Shown here piece by piece: positions 54,001 through 60,353 of a stretch of 64,000 bases of DNA. A model generated the notes under the pieces. That model did not search any database, was not told where the DNA came from, and saw nothing but the letters and a program-made list of their open reading frames with translations. Positions within the stretch are counted from its first letter, which is position 1. Each line of letters begins with the position of its first letter. Source of the DNA: Candidatus Spongiihabitans sp. (lineage in GTDB: Bacteria > Pseudomonadota > Gammaproteobacteria > Arenicellales > Poriferihabitantaceae); the NCBI GenBank assembly GCA_965237725.1, contig OZ250151.1:2755086-2819085 (forward strand), read 5' to 3'. The position numbers and the translations under genes were made by a program.

Positions 54001-57000
54001 GGCTTTTCTGTCAACAGTCCAGTTTTCGTTAAAATTTACATATTGCACAGCTGCAAGATACGCATGTGCGTTCGCATTATCTGGATCAAGTTCAATAGAT
54101 TGCTCTAAAAGCGTCTGGCCTTTTTTATTGTCCTCGGGAGAGAATTTATGCACGTGATAAATTCCTCGAAGGTAGAAATCGTAGCTTTTCAGATTGCTGA
54201 GCGGTTTTCGTGCGGCAGATTGTTGGATGTCCAGGTCAATACGCCCACGCAAGGTGCTAGCGATGGTCTGGCTTAATTCTTCTTCAAGATCAAAAATATC
54301 TTCCAGCTCTGAATCGTAGTGTTTTCCCCATAGCTGATTGCCACTACTTGATTCAATCAGTTGAGCCGCAATACGAAGTCGATTTCCCGATTTGCGCACA
54401 CTGCCGTCAACCATGTATTGCACATTAAGCTGTTCCGCAATATCTAATATAGATTCATTGCTATCACGATAAACAAAACTGGTATGGCTGGACTTAACAA
54501 TTAGTCCTTTAAACATACCTAATCCTTGAATTATGCTTTCGCTGATGCCGTCACTAAAATATTCCTGCTCGGGGTCATTGGAAAGGTTTTTAAACGGCAG
54601 GACAGCAATGGTTGGAAAGATACTCAGGTCGCTGGTGTCAATCGCAGCTGGCTGTAATTCACAAATTCCTGCATTTTCCAATATTTCAAATTGGGCATCG
54701 ATAATTTGTGTGTCTTCAAATGGCATATTGTCACGCCAATAGCTATACCATTCATCCCGCGAACTTGGAAATGCCTTCATTGATTCTCGAGCACCCTTTA
54801 AAAACCTTTGTATGGCTTCTCGTGCTTTTTTTGCTTCACCGTTCTTCATATAACAAATTGACAGGATCGCAAGCAGGTAGTGTGGGGTTGTATTTGATCC
54901 TGAAATTGTTTTTATGGCGTCTTCGTACTTTTCGCTATTTAATTGTGATTCAGCAATTTGCCAATGTCCCCAGGCATGGTGGGGATCAATTTCCATACAT
55001 TTCACTGCGTACCCCAATGCGGAATCGTATTGACCTGTCATGTTCGACAGCAGTGCTTTTTGGGCGAGGGCTTCAGGGTTACCTGGATTATTTTTTATTT
55101 CTTTATCAATTGTGGCACCTGCAGCGTCGTATTTTCGGCTAAAAATCAATTGTTCAGTACATGCGGTGAGTGCAACGCTGCTATTCGGAGTCAAATCAAT
55201 TGCTTTCTCAACATGCTCACGCGCTAGTTGAAATGACTTTTTATGGTTCATTGTCCAACGTTCCAGCCAAATCATGGTGTGGTTGTAGCTAAGAATTGCA
55301 TGTGCGCGAGAATTGCTGGGTTCGAGTCCAATGCATTTATTCAATTTATCTAGTGCAATAATCGAATCTTCTGCCGTGAATCGTTGGGTATGGTAGAGGC
55401 CTTCAAGTAGAAAATCATAGGCTTGGTGATCCCCTGCTCTTTTAGAAATCGCTATTTTCTGAAGATCAGATTCGATTCGACCCGTCACATTTCCAGCAAT
55501 GGTTCTGCTGAGCTCTTCCTCGAGATCGAAGATGTCCTTTAGCTCTGAATCAAATCGACCACTCCAAACCTGATTTCCGTTTTGTGCTGCAACCAACTGA
55601 ACGGAAACTCGAATACGATCGTTGGACTTTCGTATGCTCCCTTCAACCACATAATCAACGTCGAGTTCTTTTGAAATTTCCCCAATGGATTTAATTTGTT
55701 CCTTAAAAGCAAAGCTCGCATTTCTAGATTTGACCAACATATCCGGAAATAGGGAAAGGTTGTTGATGACGCTTTCTGTGATTCCGTCACTGAAATATTC
55801 TTGACTTGGATCACCAGATAAATTATCAAATGGTAGTACCACTATAGCTGGAATCTTGTCGCCGTTATCAGGAATTGCCGTTTCTTCAATATATTGTTCC
55901 AAACCCGCATCACAGAGCGCATCAAAGGGATAGTCGCTGTCGTAATCGTGTTTGGCGGCTGACGTTGCCTGCCAGAGTCTGTGCCAGTCTTCCAGGGTGG
56001 CGGGGGGCGTGACCATGTTCTTACGTACCGTCTCGACGTATTTCTGTAGATGCTTCTCGGCGGTAGTATGTTGGCCCAGTCTCTCGTAGCATGCCGCAAG
56101 CCAACCTTCTATTTCATCAGAAGGATTCGGCATCATTTTGAAGGTATCCAGTGCATCTTGGAAGCGCTTGCCAGTGTAATAGGCAATTCCATTGACCCAG
56201 TCTATCCATGGATGAAATGGATCCAGGGTTCTGCACGCGTCCGCCATTTCCAGAGCAATTTCTACATTGCCAAGTCCAGCGTGCACCGAACTCAAGGTCG
56301 CCAAGGTCTCAATATCATCGGGGTTCAGCCGGTACGCGCGCTCAGCTCGATCTTCGCAACGATCGTAATCTCGATCGAATAAAAGGAATTCCGCGAAACT
56401 TGATAAAATCACCGACTCATCGGGTCCCAGCTCAACCGCTTTTTCAATGTGGTGGCGCGCTCTTTCGAAATTTTCCTGACGGGGTTCGGTCCAGCCTGAT
56501 AACCAGTCGAGGATATTGACGCGATACAAATAGTTATGGGCAAATTCACAATCCGGATCCAGTGCAATACACTTTTCCAGTGCCTCTCTACTGAGCAAGT
56601 TATTTTCAGGGTTAAATTTATTTAGATGATATTTACCTCGCATCAGCAAATCGTAGCTGTCCATATCCTTTGCGGGTTTTCGATAGGCGATTTCCTCATC
56701 AGAAATATCCATCTTGCCTTTGATATTGGAAACGATAGTTCTTATTAGTTCGTCTTCTACATCGAAGATTTTTTCAAGATCGGTATCGAATCGCTTACCC
56801 CAGATCTGCTTACCAGATTCTGTATTGACCAGCTGAGTTGTGATCCTCAGTTTCTTTGGGGTTTTGCGAACGCTGCCTTCGATGATATAGCGGACTTTGT
56901 ACTTGTCGGAAATTTCATTGGCAGTCAGGTTTTGCTGTCCAATGGCATTGGAGTAGTTTCTGGAGAGAATATTGAGAGAAGGGTAGTTGGTTAATCCGAC

Positions 57001-57918
57001 AATGACCCCTTCGGTAATGCCTTCGCTGAAGTATTGTTGTTCTGAATCGTTGGAAAGATTTTCAAAAGGCATAACCAGAATTGCGTTTTCATTCGGATCA
57101 AGACTTTTATCGGCTGGTTTTTTCAGCGGTGATTTCTCCGGACTCGAAGTTTGGGGCTTCGGTGCTACCGGAGTTTGCTTACCGTCACGAATCTCATCTC
57201 GTAGTTCATTGGTCTGGGTTTCGGGTTCAACCCCAAGCTCCAGTTTTAATGTTTCACTACAACGCTTGTACGCCAGTAGTGCATGATTGCGATTGCCTTT
57301 CGCAGCATATGCCTGCATCAGTAGTCGCCATGCAGATTCTTCAAGGGGGTCGTATTCGACCAATCGTTCAGCGGATTCGATTGCCAGTTTGTATTTTTTA
57401 TCAGATATTTGTAATTGGCCAAGGTTTGATAGGATTTCCACAATCAGGCGCTTGAACCGATCTCTTTCGTGGGCTAGCCAGCCCTGGCTTGCAGCATCAC
57501 GAATGGTTATGCCCTCCAAAAACTCACCCTGATACAGTTTTGCCGCTTTGGTCAGGCTTTTTATATCGGTTTCCCCAGCAAGCTGTTCAAATTCCAGGGC
57601 ATCTACCTGAATCAAATCTGCATCCAGGGAAACCGTGGTCCGTTCGATTTCCAGCGGCATCTCGTCCATGCTAACCAGGGTTTTTTTAATGGCGCTTAAG
57701 GCCTGGCGTAGACTATTTCGGGCCTGCTCCTCGCTGCGATTACTCCACAAGAGATTGAGTAAACGTTCCCTTGGATGGCGGATGCCCGGTGCTAATGCAA
57801 GATAAGCCAACAGGACTTCGGCTTTCCGTGTTGACAGGGTAAGCCGATCTCCGGATTTCGCTTTCGAAGACAGTCGGCATTCGATTTGCCCCAGTAACTT
57901 AAGGTTTAGCCCCACCAA
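51001..57918 (-). CDS. Giant SARP/BTAD-type transcriptional regulator with five tandem TolB-N-like + TPR modules
   Basis: Uninterrupted 2305-aa ORF. Residues 1-245 form a winged helix (RKAEVLLAYLALAPGIRHPRERLLNLLW) plus BTAD (YQGEFLEG ... AWRLLMQAYAAKGNRNHALLAYKRCSETLKLELGVEP). The AVLPF-x-N-x-S-x-D module starts at aa 279, 691, 1103, 1511 and 1915, corresponding to minus-strand nt 57084, 55848, 54612, 53388 and 52176. Confidence 0.9.
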   Translation of the reverse strand: MVGLNLKLLGQIECRLSSKAKSGDRLTLSTRKAEVLLAYLALAPGIRHPRERLLNLLWSNRSEEQARNSLRQALSAIKKTLVSMDEMPLEIERTTVSLDADLIQVDALEFEQLAGETDIKSLTKAAKLYQGEFLEGITIRDAASQGWLAHERDRFKRLIVEILSNLGQLQISDKKYKLAIESAERLVEYDPLEESAWRLLMQAYAAKGNRNHALLAYKRCSETLKLELGVEPETQTNELRDEIRDGKQTPVAPKPQTSSPEKSPLKKPADKSLDPNENAILVMPFENLSNDSEQQYFSEGITEGVIVGLTNYPSLNILSRNYSNAIGQQNLTANEISDKYKVRYIIEGSVRKTPKKLRITTQLVNTESGKQIWGKRFDTDLEKIFDVEDELIRTIVSNIKGKMDISDEEIAYRKPAKDMDSYDLLMRGKYHLNKFNPENNLLSREALEKCIALDPDCEFAHNYLYRVNILDWLSGWTEPRQENFERARHHIEKAVELGPDESVILSSFAEFLLFDRDYDRCEDRAERAYRLNPDDIETLATLSSVHAGLGNVEIALEMADACRTLDPFHPWIDWVNGIAYYTGKRFQDALDTFKMMPNPSDEIEGWLAACYERLGQHTTAEKHLQKYVETVRKNMVTPPATLEDWHRLWQATSAAKHDYDSDYPFDALCDAGLEQYIEETAIPDNGDKIPAIVVLPFDNLSGDPSQEYFSDGITESVINNLSLFPDMLVKSRNASFAFKEQIKSIGEISKELDVDYVVEGSIRKSNDRIRVSVQLVAAQNGNQVWSGRFDSELKDIFDLEEELSRTIAGNVTGRIESDLQKIAISKRAGDHQAYDFLLEGLYHTQRFTAEDSIIALDKLNKCIGLEPSNSRAHAILSYNHTMIWLERWTMNHKKSFQLAREHVEKAIDLTPNSSVALTACTEQLIFSRKYDAAGATIDKEIKNNPGNPEALAQKALLSNMTGQYDSALGYAVKCMEIDPHHAWGHWQIAESQLNSEKYEDAIKTISGSNTTPHYLLAILSICYMKNGEAKKAREAIQRFLKGARESMKAFPSSRDEWYSYWRDNMPFEDTQIIDAQFEILENAGICELQPAAIDTSDLSIFPTIAVLPFKNLSNDPEQEYFSDGISESIIQGLGMFKGLIVKSSHTSFVYRDSNESILDIAEQLNVQYMVDGSVRKSGNRLRIAAQLIESSSGNQLWGKHYDSELEDIFDLEEELSQTIASTLRGRIDLDIQQSAARKPLSNLKSYDFYLRGIYHVHKFSPEDNKKGQTLLEQSIELDPDNANAHAYLAAVQYVNFNENWTVDRKAILPKGKYHIERALELDPENAFVHGFMSEYLYFAREFDRGDFHADKAIELNPTLPDGYAMKAWGLASARQFDSALDYADKCLKLDPQHAYAGWIVGEVYRDLGKFEKAIQVFRSLPHMPDSCLAQIAVCLAAMGDTQQAKIEMSKYQVLARQKMPAYPDSVAQWRSFFYDFLTYKYDEDFEKFFDLILKAGLCDYLEVNSDELPSIAVLPFENLSGDPEQEFFSDGITSDIISTLSHFRNMRVVALHSTYAYKERKATIAEIAAEQNTRYILEGRIRKSGKKVRVNTELIDSTTEEMCWSETYDRKLDDIFAVQDEITLSIATAMRIQLADGDKAREKAIKTKSLKAWEYTVRAGDLSDTYIRDNIVEARRLIHIAIEYDPEYGLAWSILGWINWQEAYISHMNAMEPLLEAAETAAEKSITLDPDNTSTLILQSFIVMMRKGDPEISITIARRAVEISPGNSEALGLCAYVHSYAGRPKEALDYYKTAVRLSPISPSWLSLVGGNIYQDLGKLEDAIALFLKSIADEPESPLTRFYLIDAYLVAGKPDKAKQIADEIRSLEHSMNISGVILFHSQDEEERQRFHNNLELMGFSEQRGSNDNAPDALPSIAVLPFENMSGDPEQAHFSNGIANDLVTILSRFRQIRVVSSYSTSVYKDRKAPIRQIADEQNVRYILDGSIRKSGKKIRVNVQLIDSRTGDNCWVEQYDRKLDDIFAVQDEITNNITIAMRVQLADGLSALDWARGTNNIKAWESCAIAAELQDSYIRKNVLEAQRLALKALALDPDYATAWIIKGWVHWQEAYTGWGESMEESLSLCHEAADKALEIDPQHPDALSLKGCAYVRSGEPILAIEFCENAIALSPGNSEVQALMAMTYVYAGEYQKSFSHFEQSIQLCPVYPNWYLLPGAHAYKQTGNITKAIEILNSAVDVEPESPLCRFYLVDALVASGDNAAAKRVASEIKSMDAEFGVSGLIRTYSYNKEIRDSFKSNLSAMGFTEQS

Positions 57919-57981
57919 ATTTGTCCTAATTTCAATTGATTCGCCAAATTTTGAATTAAATTCGACAAATTAGCCCATATA

Positions 57982-58061
57982 TTTCAATGAGTTAAAAAAT
58001 TTAATGATTATTTAATGATTATTTTCGGGTATTTAATGCAAATACGCAAGGAAATTAATGA
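57982..58061 (+). promoter_or_regulatory. Helically phased TTTAATGA-type direct repeats, including a perfect 11-bp tandem TTTAATGATTA x2 at 58000-58021
   Basis: AATGA/AATGC cores occur at 57986, 58003, 58014, 58035 and 58057, giving spacings of 17, 11, 21 and 22 nt. They lie between the divergent giant BTAD regulator gene (start 57918) and the first small gene (start 58118). Confidence 0.35.
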
Positions 58062-58117
58062 CGACCTAAGAGAATGCCTCCATCGAAACCAAACATCACT
58101 TAAACGAGGCAACTAAA

Positions 58118-58363
58118 ATGAGAAAAGTAAACATTAAAAACCGAACCCATAACCACACCGATTCGTTTGCGCAGGGGGTTAAGCAACTGGCTCGAGAAAA
58201 ATCAGTAAGCGAAAGCGCTTATTCAGATTATGAGTTGAACGCCATTCTTCGCTACGAGCAGGAAACCGCCACTCAACCACCAGTACACACACCTAATGCA
58301 GGGTTCCACGTAGTAGACCTGCTTAAAGAATTGAGCTGGATGAGTAAAGGATTCCGGTTCTAA
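58118..58363 (+). CDS. Small hypothetical protein, paralog A (81 aa)
   Basis: A good SD (GAGG) lies 8-11 nt upstream of the ATG. The N-terminal half is paralogous to the next ORF (MRKV-N-x-N ... FAQG-x-x-Q ... VS-x-S-x-Y-x-D-x-EL-x-A). Confidence 0.55.
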   Translation: MRKVNIKNRTHNHTDSFAQGVKQLAREKSVSESAYSDYELNAILRYEQETATQPPVHTPNAGFHVVDLLKELSWMSKGFRF

Positions 58364-58367
58364 GCCA

Positions 58368-58399
58368 TTTATTCACTAACTATTTTATTCACTAACTAT
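58368..58399 (+). promoter_or_regulatory. Perfect 16-bp tandem direct repeat TTTATTCACTAACTAT x2 immediately upstream of small paralog B
   Basis: Copies at 58368-58383 and 58384-58399 were read directly. They end 16 nt before the ATG at 58416. Confidence 0.35.
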
Positions 58400-58415
58400 T
58401 AATGAGAGAACGATC

Positions 58416-58616
58416 ATGAGAAAAGTAAGAAATCAAAATAACCATTATTCACATCCGGCCCTTATGTTTGCCCAGGGCATTGTCCAGGTCACCGAAGATC
58501 ACTTAGTAAGCGGATCGAAGTACGATGATCAGGAGTTAAAAGCAATGAAAAGGGCTCCAAAACAGCCCAAGGCACAAAATAATTTATTTACTGTTTTATT
58601 GAGAAAATTGGCTTGA
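58416..58616 (+). CDS. Small hypothetical protein, paralog B (66 aa)
   Basis: MRKVRNQNNHYSHPALMFAQGIVQVTEDHLVSGSKYDDQELKAM aligns with paralog A MRKVNIKNRTHNHTDSFAQGVKQLAREKSVSESAYSDYELNAI. Confidence 0.5.
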   Translation: MRKVRNQNNHYSHPALMFAQGIVQVTEDHLVSGSKYDDQELKAMKRAPKQPKAQNNLFTVLLRKLA

Positions 58617-58751
58617 GCCAATAACAATTGTTCGGCCCTACAGATTTGCCAAGTTTTAAATCCATTTTTTTCTTGGCTTGTCAATAAATTGGGCGTAGTA
58701 TGAGTTATCCAACACTAGCCAATGGACCTATTTGGTCAGGACGTTATAGTC

Positions 58752-59144
58752 ATGAAATTATTAAAAGTTTCGATTTCTGGGTTAGCTCTAATTTTTGCTG
58801 TTACAGTTCAACCCATTCAGGCAGATGAGTTTGCCATTGAATTTGAATGGTATGACGGGATGAAAGAATGTTTCTCGAAAAAATCCCCAGAGATAAAACT
58901 GATAAATCTACCCGAAGGTGTTACCAAATTTAAGGTTAAGATGGTCGACAAAGATGCGCCGGGATTTGGCCACGGTGGGGGTAAGATCAAATATGAAGGT
59001 GGGGATGTCATCCCCCACGGCGCACTAAAGAGCTGGAAGGGCCCTTGCCCGCCGTCAACTCACACCTACTCATTTCAAGTCCAGGCCTATGCTGAGAAAA
59101 AGAAAGTAGGTTACGCTTCATACGATCAAAAATTTCCCCAATAG
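58752..59144 (+). CDS. Secreted PEBP (YbhB/YbcL) family protein
   Basis: Signal peptide is MKLLKVSISGLALIFAVTVQPIQA. PEBP blocks are VDKDAPGFGHGGG and GPCPPSTHTYSF. The track ORF starts 30 nt earlier, at 58722. Confidence 0.65.
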   Translation: MKLLKVSISGLALIFAVTVQPIQADEFAIEFEWYDGMKECFSKKSPEIKLINLPEGVTKFKVKMVDKDAPGFGHGGGKIKYEGGDVIPHGALKSWKGPCPPSTHTYSFQVQAYAEKKKVGYASYDQKFPQ

Positions 59145-59159
59145 AAGAATATTGATTTC

Positions 59160-60314
59160 TTACTTCTGACTGGCAATTAATCTTTTGATTAGTTCCGGAA
59201 ACCGCGCCTGCTCCAGATTGGCAAAGGCAAATCTAAAATATTGTTCCTGGCCATCGCCAAAATAAGTGCCTGGAAGGCAAACTACTTTAAACTCCTGGGC
59301 CAAACGTTTCGCTACGACGCTGGATGGTTGGTCAAAAGGATGTTTGATATAGGCGAAATAAGCGCCCGCACAAACTAGTTCATATTTCAGATCTGAATTA
59401 TCAAAGGCATCGCGAATTGCCTGAGCACGTACAATCATTTCCAGACCCTTCTCCCTTCTCCAGGCAGTGAGATTTTCCAGCCCAAAAAGTGCTGCGATTT
59501 GTCCCAGATGAGGCGCGTTGATCACCGCACAATCCTGAACCTTACTGAGTTCATTGAGTAATGACTCGCTTGCAACAATGGCGCCAACACGATGACCGGT
59601 CAGGCTGAATGCTTTTGAGAAACTATATAAATGTATAAAGGTGTCTCGCCAGTCTGGTTTTTGGAATAGATTGTGTGGCGGATGGGAATCATCCATAAAA
59701 TCCCGATAGGTTTCATCAATAATCAATGGAATGCCATGTTTTTTGGCAACCTCAAAAAATTTCTCCATCGTGGCTTCACTGTAGATCGCCCCTGTCGGGT
59801 TGTTGGGGGATACCAGAACGATGGCCCGGGTATGCGAATTCACCAGTCCGTCAGCCTGAGATGGGCTTGGCTCTGCAGTCTCCTGATTGAATTCCAGCCA
59901 CTGAATTTCGACGCTGCGAATTGACAACCACATTTCGTGATTAAAATAACAGGGCAGGGGTGCAATGACATTGTCGCCGCTCTGGCAAAGGGTATCGATT
60001 ACGGCACAAAAAGCCTGGTTACATCCTGCGGTAATGAACACTTCATCCGCATTGACAGATCCGTCATAGCGGGAATTGATATCTCCAGCCAGGGCTTTTC
60101 GAAGGGGGTCGATACCAGCAATGTCAGTATAAGTTGCGGCCTCACCCCGTTTGATCGCATCCCCCATATGATCCAGCATGGATTGATGGGGCAGATAAGA
60201 GGGCACCGCCTGGCACACATCGATGAGTTCAGGATCATCGGGGTTATCCAGCCACGACCAGGCCTCGGCAATGGGCGCCGGTGCGCAGTCTTTTACATCG
60301 GGGTTAATTTTCAT
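59160..60314 (-). CDS. PLP-dependent class I/II aminotransferase
   Basis: 384 aa. SFSKAFSLTGHRVG contains the PLP lysine motif. LVSPNNPTG and IIDETY are also present. Confidence 0.8.
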   Translation of the reverse strand: MKINPDVKDCAPAPIAEAWSWLDNPDDPELIDVCQAVPSYLPHQSMLDHMGDAIKRGEAATYTDIAGIDPLRKALAGDINSRYDGSVNADEVFITAGCNQAFCAVIDTLCQSGDNVIAPLPCYFNHEMWLSIRSVEIQWLEFNQETAEPSPSQADGLVNSHTRAIVLVSPNNPTGAIYSEATMEKFFEVAKKHGIPLIIDETYRDFMDDSHPPHNLFQKPDWRDTFIHLYSFSKAFSLTGHRVGAIVASESLLNELSKVQDCAVINAPHLGQIAALFGLENLTAWRREKGLEMIVRAQAIRDAFDNSDLKYELVCAGAYFAYIKHPFDQPSSVVAKRLAQEFKVVCLPGTYFGDGQEQYFRFAFANLEQARFPELIKRLIASQK

Positions 60315-60353
60315 TGTTACTAATCTATATAGTATTCGATAGTGTATTTCACT

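Noticed and set aside
51001-57918. Giant repetitive ORF as a surface adhesin, RTX protein or toxin
   Set aside because: It has no signal peptide and no Ig, cadherin or RTX-type repeats. The N-terminus is a clear wHTH/BTAD DNA-binding head, and the repeats are TolB-N-like plus TPR units found in cytoplasmic or membrane signalling proteins.
29226-58700. Lower-GC block as a prophage or integrative conjugative element
   Set aside because: No integrase, phage structural, conjugation or tRNA genes are present, and no flanking direct repeats were seen. I treat it only as a compositionally distinct accessory region.
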